32,000 nucleotides of DNA from an uncultured Actinomycetes bacterium (GTDB lineage: Bacteria; Actinomycetota; Thermoleophilia; UBA2241). The stretch spans positions 441,301 to 473,300 of the forward strand of contig CAVYCN010000004.1 of NCBI GenBank assembly GCA_963767005.1. Direction: 5' to 3'. Every line of letters starts with the position of its first letter. Position 1 is the stretch's first letter. A program made the position numbers and the translations under genes. The notes beneath the pieces are model-generated. The model did no database searches and was not told the DNA's origin. It saw only the letters and a program-made list of their open reading frames with translations. Shown in pieces: positions 23,451 to 32,000 of the stretch.

Positions 23451-24107
23451 CTACGGCGCGACGTCGAGCTCGGCGAGCAGCGGCCGCGCGAGCTGCTCCC
23501 ACAGGCGGATGGCGCCGGTCACGTCGGCCCCATCGGGGTCGAGGCCGTGCTGGATCGCGAGGCCGTCGACGATGGCGATCATCAGCACCGCGAACGGCCG
23601 CAGCCGCTGCGCCTGCGCCGTGTCGGCGTCGTCGAGGCAGCGCCACACGGTCTCGCGGTAGCCGTCGTAGAGGGTCGCCACGCGCCGGCGCAGCGCCGGG
23701 TCGCGTAACGCATGGGGCAACACCTCGAAGAAGGCCTGGAACGACTCGGCGTCGGCCACGATGCGCGACTCGCCGTCCACCAGGGCGCGCACCCGGGCGC
23801 CGGCCGACGGCTGGGCCTCGCACTCCCTGATCAGGGCGCGGTTCGCGTCGTGGACGAGCGAGTCGACGAGCGCCGCCATCAGGCCGTCCTTGTTGGCGAA
23901 GTGGTAGCCGATGCTGCCCTTGGCCTCGCCGGCCTCTTCGGCGATCGCCGCGAAGGTGAGGGCGCCGTAGCCGTCGCGGATCAGGAGCCGGCGGGCCGCG
24001 GCGAGCAGGTGCCGCGCGGTCGGCGGCAGGGCCGCCATGGGGTCGTCGAGCAGCAACCGCTCTGCGTCGCGACGCTGCCGATCGGGTCGTGTCTGCTGTT
24101 CGCCCAT
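23451..24107 (-). CDS. TetR-family transcriptional regulator
   Basis: 'LLAAARRLLIRDGYGALTFAAIAEEAGEAKGSIGYHFANKDGLMAALV' is a TetR HTH. I prefer ATG 24107 ('MGEQQTRP') over the track start 24170. Confidence 0.85.
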   Translation of the reverse strand: MGEQQTRPDRQRRDAERLLLDDPMAALPPTARHLLAAARRLLIRDGYGALTFAAIAEEAGEAKGSIGYHFANKDGLMAALVDSLVHDANRALIRECEAQPSAGARVRALVDGESRIVADAESFQAFFEVLPHALRDPALRRRVATLYDGYRETVWRCLDDADTAQAQRLRPFAVLMIAIVDGLAIQHGLDPDGADVTGAIRLWEQLARPLLAELDVAP

Positions 24108-24153
24108 GCCGTCCTTCGCGGTTGTGGGGACACCGCCGTCATGGTAGCATGCG

Positions 24154-24171
24154 TTTGTCCGTCCGGACAAA
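24154..24171. promoter_or_regulatory. Perfect palindrome TTTGTCCG-tc-CGGACAAA, candidate TetR operator
   Basis: 8-nt perfect arms with a 2-nt spacer. It lies in the divergent intergenic region between the TetR gene and the carbamoyltransferase operon. Confidence 0.5.
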
Positions 24172-24280
24172 TAAACGGCAGAGGCCGCAAGGCTCCGGGC
24201 CCAGCAGCCCCGGGCGAGGCCAAGTGCCGCAACCGCCGGCCGCCCCGCGGGGGTAGCGCCGATCGTCGCAGGAGGAACAG

Positions 24281-25294
24281 GTGATGGAGAAGACGCTTCC
24301 CAAGATGCGCCGTCTGCGCGGTCGCTCGTTCCTGACCGACCTCGATTTCAGCCGCGATGACCTCGAGGACCTGCTCGCTCTGGCCGTCGCCCTCAAGGGG
24401 CTGCGTGCGAGCGGCCCGCTCATGCCGTTCCTGCCTGGGCAGCACCTCGCCATGATCTTCGAGGCCGCTTCCACGCGCACCCGCGTGAGCTTCGAGAACG
24501 GTTTCTGTGAGCTCGGCGGCAACGCCGTGTATCTGCGGCCCGGCGAGATCCACCTGCCGGGGCGCGAGACCATCGCCGACACCGCCCGCACACTGTCGCA
24601 GTACGATTCCGCGATCGTGATCCGGTCCAAGGCGAACGAGACGGTCAACGAGCTCGCCGCCTGGTCGACGGTGCCCGTGATCAACGCGATGGACCACGAC
24701 CGTCACCCCTGCCAGAGCATGAGCGACGCGCTCACCATCCTCGAGCACGCCGGCAAGCTCGCCGGCACGACGTTCGCCTACATCGGCGACGCCGCGCACC
24801 CCTGCAACTCGCTGTCGACGACGCTCACCAAGCTCGGCCTGCACGTGCGCGTCGGCAACGCCCCCGGCTACGAGATCGGTGACGAGGTGCGGCGCAACGC
24901 CGAGCGCTTCGCGGCCGAGAGCGGCGGCTCGTTCCTGCTCACGCACGATCCGCTCGAAGCGATCGACGGGGCCGACTTCATCTACACCGACTGCTGGTGG
25001 TGGACCGGCCAGGAAGAGGAGTACGCCGACCGCATCGCGGCCTTCAAGCCCTTCCAGGTCAACGCCGAGTTGTGGAGCCACACCAAGCCGGGCGCCCGCT
25101 TCATGCACTGTCTGCCGGCCATGCGCGGCGAGGAGGTCACCGACGAGATCGCCGACAGCGCGGCGTCGATCATCTTCCCGCAGGCGCAGAACCGCCTGCA
25201 CTTCCAGAAGGGCCTCATGCTGGCGCTGATCGGCATCGACGAGCTGCCGGCCGACCCGCGGCTGCGCGACGTCGGCGCGGCCCTGCTCGCCTGA
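24281..25294 (+). CDS. Ornithine/putrescine carbamoyltransferase-family enzyme (context suggests putrescine carbamoyltransferase)
   Basis: GGAGGA SD with GTG 24281 / ATG 24284. 'ASTRTRVSFE', 'HPCQ' and 'FMHCLPAMRGEEV' are transcarbamylase motifs. The 'DxWxSMG' ornithine loop is replaced by 'TDCWWWTGQEEE'. Confidence 0.85.
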   Translation: MMEKTLPKMRRLRGRSFLTDLDFSRDDLEDLLALAVALKGLRASGPLMPFLPGQHLAMIFEAASTRTRVSFENGFCELGGNAVYLRPGEIHLPGRETIADTARTLSQYDSAIVIRSKANETVNELAAWSTVPVINAMDHDRHPCQSMSDALTILEHAGKLAGTTFAYIGDAAHPCNSLSTTLTKLGLHVRVGNAPGYEIGDEVRRNAERFAAESGGSFLLTHDPLEAIDGADFIYTDCWWWTGQEEEYADRIAAFKPFQVNAELWSHTKPGARFMHCLPAMRGEEVTDEIADSAASIIFPQAQNRLHFQKGLMLALIGIDELPADPRLRDVGAALLA

Positions 25295-25361
25295 TCGCAG
25301 GGCCGGCGACCATGGCAGCAGCCCGCCGCAGCACGATGTCCAGCGGCTCGAGGCGCGTCTC

Positions 25362-26387
25362 ATGACGCCGCCGGTCGGAGCCGCAGCGCAGCGCGCCCGC
25401 AAAGGCGCCGGCAAGACCGTGGTGGTGGCCCTCGGCGGCAACGCCATCCTGCAGCCCGGCCAGCTCGGCACCTTCGAGGAGCAGCTCGTCAACGTCGACG
25501 CCGCGATGCGCCGCATCGCCGAGCTCGTCGAAGCGGGCTGGGAGGTCGTGCTGACGCACGGCAACGGGCCGCAGGTGGGCAACCTGCTCATCCAGAACGC
25601 CCTGGCCGCCTCGACCGTGGCGCCCATGCCCATGGACGTCTGCGGGGCCGAGAGCCAGGGCCAGATCGGCTACATGCTCGAGCAGGCGCTCTGCAACCAC
25701 CTGGCGCGGCGCCGGCTCGCCGCGCCGGTCGCCACGGTGCTCACGCAGGTGGCGGTCGACGCCGCCGACCCGGCCTTCGCCGACCCGTCAAAGCCGGTCG
25801 GGCCGTTCTACACCGCCGCCGAGGCCCAGAAGATGATGATCGAAGAGGGCCTGGCCATGCGCGAGGACGCCGGCCGCGGCTGGCGTCGTGTGGTGCCCAG
25901 CCCCGAGCCCCGCGAGATCGTACCGGGTCCGGCGATCGCAGCCCTCATCGCGGCCGGCAGCCTCGTGATCTGCTCGGGCGGCGGCGGCATACCGGTCGTG
26001 CGCCAGCGGGGCGGCCAGCTCCACGGCATCGCGGCGGTCATCGACAAGGATCTCGCCGCCGCCCTGCTCGCGCGCCAGGTCGGCGCCGACGTGCTGCTCA
26101 TCCTGACCGACGTGCCCAAGGTCTACCTCGGGTACAACACGCCCGAGCAGCGTGCCCTCGACCAGGTCACGGTCGCCGAGATGGAAGAGTACGCCGCCGC
26201 CGGCCACTTCAAGGCCGGCTCGATGGGGCCCAAGGTCAACGCCTGCCTGCGCTTCGCCCGCGAGGGCGGCACCTCGATCATCGCCGGCCTGACCGAGGTC
26301 GTGCCGGCCATGGACGGGCGCTCGGGCACCCGCATCGTGCCCGGCGCGGCGCCGTCGCGGCCAAAGGCACGCGCCCGGAAGCAGTGA
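25362..26387 (+). CDS. arcC: Carbamate kinase
   Basis: '[11 protein letters not shown]', '[12 protein letters not shown]' and 'SGGGGIPV' are amino-acid-kinase-fold carbamate kinase motifs. Confidence 0.9.
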   Translation: MTPPVGAAAQRARKGAGKTVVVALGGNAILQPGQLGTFEEQLVNVDAAMRRIAELVEAGWEVVLTHGNGPQVGNLLIQNALAASTVAPMPMDVCGAESQGQIGYMLEQALCNHLARRRLAAPVATVLTQVAVDAADPAFADPSKPVGPFYTAAEAQKMMIEEGLAMREDAGRGWRRVVPSPEPREIVPGPAIAALIAAGSLVICSGGGGIPVVRQRGGQLHGIAAVIDKDLAAALLARQVGADVLLILTDVPKVYLGYNTPEQRALDQVTVAEMEEYAAAGHFKAGSMGPKVNACLRFAREGGTSIIAGLTEVVPAMDGRSGTRIVPGAAPSRPKARARKQ

Positions 26388-26472
26388 TGACGGCAGTGAC
26401 CGCGGCGCCTGGTCGAACGGCGCCGACGGCGAGCGGCGCGTCGCGCAGATCGAGTGTCGAGGAGGCCGGACG

Positions 26473-27576
26473 ATGACCAGGATGATCGCAAGCACGCCGA
26501 GGGCCGATGGTTTTCGCATGCCCGGCGAGTTCGAGCCGCACACACGCATCTGGATGCTGTGGCCGCAGCGCCCCGACAACTGGCGCCTGGGCGCCAAGCC
26601 GGCGCAGCATGCCTGGGTGAGGGTCGCGACGGCGATTGCGCAGTTCGAGCCGCTCACCGTGGGCGTGAACCACGACCAGTTCGAGAACGCTCGCGACCTG
26701 CTGCCCGAGCAGGTGCGCGTCGTCGAGATCGCCAGCGACGACGCCTGGATCCGCGACTGCGGTCCCACGTTCGTCGTGAACGACAAGGGCGACGTGCGCA
26801 TCGTTGACTGGATCTTCAACGCGTGGGGCGGGCTCTACGACGGTCTCTACTTCCCCTGGGACAAAGACCAGCTCGTGCCGCGCAAGATCGCCGAGCTCGA
26901 GCAGGTCGAGCGGTATCGCGCGCCGCTCGTCATGGAGGGCGGCTCGATCCACGTCGACGGTGAGGGCACCGTCGTGACGACCGAGGAGTGCCTGCTGTCG
27001 CCGGGCCGCAATCCGGAGCTCTCCCGCGAGCAGATCGAGGACCATCTGCGCGACTACCTGAACGTCGAGAAGGTCATCTGGCTCGCCCGCGGTATCGATC
27101 CCGACGAGACCAACGGCCACGTCGACGACGTCGCCTGCTTCGTGCGGCCCGGCGTAGTGCTCGCTGCGACCACCGACGACCGCGACGACTGGCGCTACGA
27201 GCTCCTGCAGGACAACCTGCGGGTGCTGCAGACGGCCACCGACGCCAGGGGCCGCGCGCTCGAGATCCACACCGTGCCCATGCCCGCCATCATGGAGATC
27301 ACCGCGGAAGAGGCCTGGGGCGTCGACGCCGCCGAGGGCTCGATCCCGCGGCGGCCGGGCGACAAGACGGCCGCCTCGTACCTCAACTTCCTGATCGTGA
27401 ACGGCGGCATCGTGCTGCCGGTGTTCGACGACCCGAACGACGAGGTGGTGAAGGCCACGATCGCGGCGCTCTTCCCCGAGCGCCGCGTGGTGACCGTCCC
27501 CGGTCGCGAGATCGTGCTTGGCGGCGGCAACGTGCACTGCATCACGCAGCAGCAGCCGGCGCCGCTGCGCGCGTAG
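26473..27576 (+). CDS. aguA: Agmatine deiminase (PAD_porph family)
   Basis: GGAGG SD 7 nt upstream. '[18 protein letters not shown]', '[11 protein letters not shown]', '[11 protein letters not shown]' and '[13 protein letters not shown]' (catalytic Cys). Confidence 0.9.
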   Translation: MTRMIASTPRADGFRMPGEFEPHTRIWMLWPQRPDNWRLGAKPAQHAWVRVATAIAQFEPLTVGVNHDQFENARDLLPEQVRVVEIASDDAWIRDCGPTFVVNDKGDVRIVDWIFNAWGGLYDGLYFPWDKDQLVPRKIAELEQVERYRAPLVMEGGSIHVDGEGTVVTTEECLLSPGRNPELSREQIEDHLRDYLNVEKVIWLARGIDPDETNGHVDDVACFVRPGVVLAATTDDRDDWRYELLQDNLRVLQTATDARGRALEIHTVPMPAIMEITAEEAWGVDAAEGSIPRRPGDKTAASYLNFLIVNGGIVLPVFDDPNDEVVKATIAALFPERRVVTVPGREIVLGGGNVHCITQQQPAPLRA

Positions 27577-27615
27577 GGCTGCCCGTCCCGGCGCTCCCGC
27601 CGTGCGCACGGGCCG

Positions 27616-28610
27616 TCAGCCGATGTGCGTGGGCAGCCTGTTGCCGCGCGACGCCGCGTCGAGCGTCCAGAGCGCGCGGCCCTGGTCTGCCGCCGGGCTG
27701 CCCGACAGCGTCGAGGTCGACAGGTCGTTCAACGAGCACGACCGCCAGTAGCCGGCGTTCCAGGCGTCGCCGAGCACGAACCGGCAGTGCTGCCAGAGCG
27801 ACCCGTTCATGCCGCCGGCCAGTATGAGCCAGGCGGAGCGGGCGTCGACCGGCACGTGCTGCGCCACATGCGAGAAGTCGACGACGTCGTCGCGAAACAC
27901 CCAGCCGCAGTCCGCCGCGGTGCAGTTCAGGTCGAAGCCGCTGTCGCGGCAGGCCCAGATGGTCGTGTCGGCGACGGTGAAGCCGACCGGGCCGTTGATC
28001 TCGAGGCCGGCGCCGTAGGGTCGGCGCGAGTCGCCTGCGCCCTGGATCAGGCAGCCGCTGATCGTGCAGTCGCGGCAGGCGCCGCCGCCGTCGTAGCTGA
28101 TCGCCTCGCTGCCCTGGGGTGCGAAGGTGCAGTCGGTCAGGTCGATAGCGTGGTAGCCGACGACGTCGGACACCGGCCGCTGCGTGCACTCGAAGCCCAT
28201 GCGGCCCTGGCCGGCGATCCGGCAACCCACGAAGGTGAGTCGAAGATGTCGCCGTTCGAGACGTTGACGCTGATGCCGTTCCAACCCCCGCCCGCCTCGA
28301 CGACACAATCGCGGAACGTGAGGTCGTGGCAGGGCCTGTCCAGCGTGAGCACGGCGGTGGGCGCCGTGCCGCCGCGGAAGGTGCAGTGGTCGAAGACCAC
28401 GCCGAAGCTGCCGGCCGGCACCTCGTAGGTGGTGAACGTCTTGTCCCTGAGGGTCACGTCGACCAGCGCCGATGAGCTCTGCGCCGGGGTAGACACCGGG
28501 GTCGACGCGGGCGCGCCGCCGCCCGAGCCGCAGCCCGCTAGGACCACGAGCCCCGCCGCGAGGAGCGCGATCCGCCCGGCGATGGTCGTCGCCGGGCTGC
28601 GCCGCGGCAA
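27616..28610 (-). pseudogene. Right-handed beta-helix lipoprotein, interrupted by a 1-nt frameshift near 28240
   Basis: The N-terminal ORF (28137..28610) has the lipobox 'LVVLAGCGS' and repeats 'DHCTFRGG' and 'CHDLTFRDCVVE'. It reads '...ISVNVSNGDIFD' and then becomes nonsense. The ORF 27616..28308 becomes sensible at exactly that point: 'LTFVGCRIAG...DLTDCTF...CRDCTISGC'. Restoring one base in 'gac(c)tc' gives a continuous 'DIFDLTFVGC'. Confidence 0.6.
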
Positions 28611-28648
28611 CGGATCTCGCCCCCGCGGTTTGCCGCCGCGTGCCGCCG

Positions 28649-29860
28649 TCAGAAGGTCACCACCTGCCAGGTGGCGCCGCCGTCCGAGCTCAGCAGGAGC
28701 CGGCCGGGACGGCCGTAGGTGTTCCCTGCGGTGTCGACCGGACCCAAGACGACCACGGCGTGGGTCGGCGAACTGAAGCCGAGGTCGGCCCAGGTCACGC
28801 CACCGTCAAGTGGGTTCAGCGCCGTCGTCCAGGCGTGGCCGCCGTCGGCTGAGCGGTAGATCTCGCTCCCGCCGCTGGCGGCGCCCACGAGGAGCGTTGC
28901 GGGTGATCCGCCGGCGATCGTGACCGGATCGCCGCCTCGACTCGGTGCGCCGACCTTGGTCCAAGTGGCGCCGCCGTTCGCGCTCACGTACACGAGCTTC
29001 GCCACGCTGCCGGCTGCGGCGCCGCCGCCGTCGAGGAGCGCGAGCGACTTCGCCGAGGTGACCGCCACATCCGCCGGCGAGTAGCCCGGCAAGCTCGGCA
29101 CAGGATAGGTATGCACCGTCAGGCCGCCGTTCTTCGTGACGAGCACGCCACCGCTGGCGAGGAGAGCGGCGGTGCCGGCCTGCGTCGAGATCAAGTCGGT
29201 GGGATCGGGGAAGTCGTACTCCTTGACGGTGGCGATCTTCGTCCATGAGCCGCCCGCAAGCGGCCGGCGCAGCAGCGTGGCGCTCTGGCTCGACGGGCTG
29301 GGCTGCACGAGGGCCAGCGCCTGGCCGTCGATCGTGGCGAGCGACAGGATCGCGCCACTCGGCGCCGCGGCAGGCGTCCACTGGCCGCCGCCGTCGGTCG
29401 TCTCCCAAAGGCCCTTGCCGAAGACGAAGCCGTGCGAGGGCGTGGCGAAGCGGATCCCCCAGACGCCGGCAGCACCGCCGCTCTGCGACTGCGGCCAGCC
29501 GATCTCGACGGGCGGCGCCGCGCGTCGGGTCCAGGTCGTCCCCCTGTCGCGGCTGCGCACGACCACAGCGCCGCGGCCGGGCGCCGTGCCGAGCACGAAG
29601 GCCTCGTTCAGCGAGACGAACGTGACGGAGGTGGCCCTGAAGCCGGCCGGCACGGTCGCGACGGCCGGCGCGCTCGACGTGGGCGAGGTCGTGGGCGAGG
29701 CGGTGGTCGGCGCGGCGCGTGGGCTCTGCGACGCCGGTGAGCTCGAGCTCACCGGCGTCGCAGAGCCCGAGCCTTTCGAGCCGCAGGCCGCGAGGGCGGT
29801 GGACAGAACGACGACCGCGACCAGACAGGCCGTGGCGGACAGGGGGCGCGAGCGTGACAT
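28649..29860 (-). CDS. Lipoprotein with BNR/Asp-box beta-propeller repeats (Ycf48/sialidase-like fold)
   Basis: Lipobox 'STALAACGS'. A Ser/Pro/Thr linker follows. Five SxDxGxTW-type boxes: 'SRDRGTTWT', 'TTDGGGQWT', 'SANGGATWT', 'SADGGHAWT' and 'SSDGGATWQ'. Confidence 0.75.
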   Translation of the reverse strand: MSRSRPLSATACLVAVVVLSTALAACGSKGSGSATPVSSSSPASQSPRAAPTTASPTTSPTSSAPAVATVPAGFRATSVTFVSLNEAFVLGTAPGRGAVVVRSRDRGTTWTRRAAPPVEIGWPQSQSGGAAGVWGIRFATPSHGFVFGKGLWETTDGGGQWTPAAAPSGAILSLATIDGQALALVQPSPSSQSATLLRRPLAGGSWTKIATVKEYDFPDPTDLISTQAGTAALLASGGVLVTKNGGLTVHTYPVPSLPGYSPADVAVTSAKSLALLDGGGAAAGSVAKLVYVSANGGATWTKVGAPSRGGDPVTIAGGSPATLLVGAASGGSEIYRSADGGHAWTTALNPLDGGVTWADLGFSSPTHAVVVLGPVDTAGNTYGRPGRLLLSSDGGATWQVVTF

Positions 29861-30066
29861 GGCCTACTGACCTCGCTTTCGCTGGCGACGAGAGCCGGGC
29901 GGCGCCGGGCGACGTGCCGTCATCCGGGGTGGCGAGTAGATTCCGTGCACGTGCAGTTTCTCCTACATCCTGCCGTGTTAAGGAAATCGATGGTCCTGTG
30001 CCTGCTTTGGACCGTGTGGCGCGCGGACTTCTTCACTGAAGATGTCCACGCGGCCGGCCGCGTCGG

Positions 30067-31179
30067 TCACTCGCCCTCGGTCGCGGCGCGGGCGCGTGCG
30101 ATGATCTCCTCGATCACGGCGCCTTTCGCCTCGGCGTAGTGCGACATGGTCGACCATTCTCGGGCGGCGAGCTCGCGTTTCGTCTGCGCGTAGAGCTCGC
30201 GCTCGTGCGGCTCGCCGCGCAGGCGGTCGCGCAGCAGGAGGTAGCGTTCGATCTCCGGCGAGCCGGCGGAGAAGACGTGGAGATGCAGAGCGCGGTCCGG
30301 CGTGCGCAGCATGCGGTGCTCGTGGAACTCGGGCTCACGGATGCGCAGCTCGTAGCCGGCGATCTCGAGGGCGGGCAGGTAGGCGGGCTCGTCGGCCGAG
30401 TCGGCGACCACGAGCAGGACATCGACGATGGGCTTGGCCGCGAGGCCCGGCACCGCCGTCGAGCCGATGTGCTCGACGAGCAGGGCGCGCTCGCCGAGCG
30501 CCGCGCGGATCGTGGCCGTGTGCTCGGCGAAGCGCGCCGCCCACGCCGGGTCGTGCTCGACGAGCACGATCGGCGTCTGCTCGATGGCGCCGACCGTCAC
30601 CTGGCGGAGGTAGTCGGTGAGCTCGTCGGCCGGCGCCGCGCCGGCCGGTGTCACCGGCAGCTCGACCTCCATGTACCACGACAGCGGGTCGGGCGCCCGC
30701 CCCGCGGGCAGCTCGGCAGGCCGGAAGCCCAGGCTGCGGTAGAGGGCGACGGCGCCGAGGTTCTCGCGGTAGACGTTGAGGCTCGCGCGGGCGCAGCCGG
30801 CGGCGCGCGCGCTGCGCAGCAGCTCCGCGACGAGCGACCGTCCGACGCCGCGCCGGCGGGCGTCGGGCCGGACGATGACGCGGCAGAGGTGGCACCGGTC
30901 TGCGGCCCCGGGGAGCCACTGCCCGAAGGCCACCGGGCCATCCGCGTCGGCGGCCGCCACGTTGGTCGCGCCGTCGAGGTCGACCTGCTGCGCCAGACGG
31001 TCGACGTCGAGCGGCCACGTCACCCCGGGCCCCGCCCAGATGCGCGCGCCGTAGGCGTCGTCGATCCACGACGCCGCGGCGACCAGGTCGTCCCTTGTCC
31101 CGTCCCTGAAGACCACGGTCCGATGATACGACGAAGGACCGTGCGCTGAACGGTGACCGTCGGCGGAGCGCGGGAACAT
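30067..31179 (-). CDS. GNAT acetyltransferase fused to GrpB (UPF0157) domain
   Basis: 'VIVRPDARRRGVGRSLVAELL' is the GNAT acetyl-CoA motif. The C-terminal 'VEHIGSTAVPGLAAKPIVDVLLVV' and 'HLHVF...SPEIERYLLLRDRLR' are GrpB motifs. I prefer ATG 31179 because the maximal ORF (31275) would overlap the divergent FAD-oxidase start. Confidence 0.8.
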   Translation of the reverse strand: MFPRSADGHRSAHGPSSYHRTVVFRDGTRDDLVAAASWIDDAYGARIWAGPGVTWPLDVDRLAQQVDLDGATNVAAADADGPVAFGQWLPGAADRCHLCRVIVRPDARRRGVGRSLVAELLRSARAAGCARASLNVYRENLGAVALYRSLGFRPAELPAGRAPDPLSWYMEVELPVTPAGAAPADELTDYLRQVTVGAIEQTPIVLVEHDPAWAARFAEHTATIRAALGERALLVEHIGSTAVPGLAAKPIVDVLLVVADSADEPAYLPALEIAGYELRIREPEFHEHRMLRTPDRALHLHVFSAGSPEIERYLLLRDRLRGEPHERELYAQTKRELAAREWSTMSHYAEAKGAVIEEIIARARAATEGE

Positions 31180-31262
31180 GCCGACGGGGGTCGACTCCGT
31201 CGCCTGTGTCGGAGCGGCGCCCGCATGCGCAGGGTACGGGGGTTTTGCGCAAGGAGGCGGAG

Positions 31263-32000
31263 ATGACGATGACAAGTCAGGCGATCGCGGGCCTCGCGAG
31301 CGCCATCAGAGGGGCCGTTATCGGCCCCGAGGGCCCAAGCTACGACGAGGCTCGGGCCGTCTACAACGGCATGATCGACCGGTACCCCGCACTCGTCGTG
31401 CGGTGCGCCGACACGGCGGATGTGATCGCCGCGGTCAGGTTCGCTCGCGAGAACGACCTCGCGGTCGCGGTGCGCGGCGGCGGGCACAACGGCGCCGGTC
31501 TCGGCACGGTCGACGACGGCCTCGTCATCGACCTCGGAGCGCTGCGCTCGGTGCACGTGGACCCGCTCGGGCGGGTCGTGGACGTGGAGGGCGGCGCTAC
31601 GCTGGGTGACGCCGACCATGCGGCTCATGCCTTCGGCCTGGCGGTGCCCGGCGGCATCATCTCGACCACCGGCGTCGGCGGCCTGACGCTGGGCGGCGGC
31701 ATCGGTCACCTCACCCGCGGTCTGGGTCTGACCATCGACAGCCTGCTCGGTGTCGACATGGTGCTCGCCGACGGCAGCTTCGTGAGGGCCGACGCCGACC
31801 ACCACGAGGACCTCTTCTGGGCCGTCCGCGGGGGCGGCGGGAACTTCGGCGTCGTCACCCGCTTCACGTTCCGCGGGCATCGGGTGAGCACGGTCATAGC
31901 CGGGCCGATGCTGTGGGGCCTCGACGACGCCCCCGACGTGATGCGGTTCTACCGCGAGTTCATCGGTGGCGCGCCCCGCGAGCTGGGCGGCTTCTTCGCC
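31263..32000 (+). CDS. FAD-linked oxidase (FAD_binding_4 / BBE-VAO family), 3' end outside window; not in ORF track
   Basis: ATG lies 5 nt after AAGGAGG (31251-31257). My hand translation is 'MTMTSQAIAGL...PALVVRCADTADVIAAVRFARENDLAVAVRGGGHNGAGL...GGATLGD...GVGGLTLGGGIGHLTRGLGL...DLFWAVRGGGGNFGVVT', which has the canonical FAD-binding motifs. The frame stays open to base 32000. Confidence 0.85.
   Translation, partial: MTMTSQAIAGLASAIRGAVIGPEGPSYDEARAVYNGMIDRYPALVVRCADTADVIAAVRFARENDLAVAVRGGGHNGAGLGTVDDGLVIDLGALRSVHVDPLGRVVDVEGGATLGDADHAAHAFGLAVPGGIISTTGVGGLTLGGGIGHLTRGLGLTIDSLLGVDMVLADGSFVRADADHHEDLFWAVRGGGGNFGVVTRFTFRGHRVSTVIAGPMLWGLDDAPDVMRFYREFIGGAPRELGGFFA

Noticed and set aside
27581-27614. 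Palindrome ccgtgcgcacgg (27599-27610) between the convergent aguA and beta-helix genes, considered as a bidirectional terminator.
   Set aside because: The stem is short with essentially no loop and no U-tract, which is too weak to call.
1-32000. Scan for transposases, integrases, phage genes, CRISPR-Cas or known defence-system genes.
   Set aside because: None were recognised by eye in any supplied translation. The PLD-family protein (22150..23259) looks like a TM-anchored two-HKD phospholipase/cardiolipin-synthase-type protein rather than a defence nuclease.

Overview
High-GC (about 70% by eye), actinobacteria-like chromosomal segment with about 30 genes. All calls come from reading the supplied translations and the DNA by eye; nothing was searched. 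Housekeeping and accessory content: a 5'-truncated APC permease, an M20 peptidase, an HD-GYP phosphodiesterase, a 993-aa RsbW-like/PAS/GAF/PP2C sensor, a PfkB kinase, tRNA-Glu(UUC), PepC, PBP4/DacB, an RsbW-like kinase, a PLD-family protein, a TetR-controlled agmatine-deiminase-type operon (carbamoyltransferase, carbamate kinase, AguA), two lipoproteins, a GNAT-GrpB fusion and a 3'-truncated FAD oxidase missing from the ORF track. Two regions stand out. (1) 5.2-7.4 kb is a lower-GC module: a radical-SAM/PDZ/DUF512 enzyme, a tightly linked 83-aa ORF, and an untracked 37-codon acidic peptide ORF with its own TTGACA-17-TAGGGT promoter, GGAGG SD and a perfect 20-bp-stem terminator. I read this as a candidate uncharacterised peptide-maturation (RiPP-like) system. 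(2) 13.4-17.9 kb is an arsenic operon, with arsC divergent from acr3-arsR. A full hgcA/hgcB-like corrinoid-protein/ferredoxin pair (exact NVWCAAGKG cap-helix motif) and a DUF364 putative metal-chelation protein are translationally coupled into it. The HgcA-like protein has an N-terminal extension with four vicinal Cys pairs. This block lies between decayed gene remnants and tRNA-Glu, which suggests an island. Three genes need frameshifts to be read through, reflecting either gene decay or assembly errors. Most long ORFs on opposite or alternate frames are high-GC shadow ORFs and were rejected.
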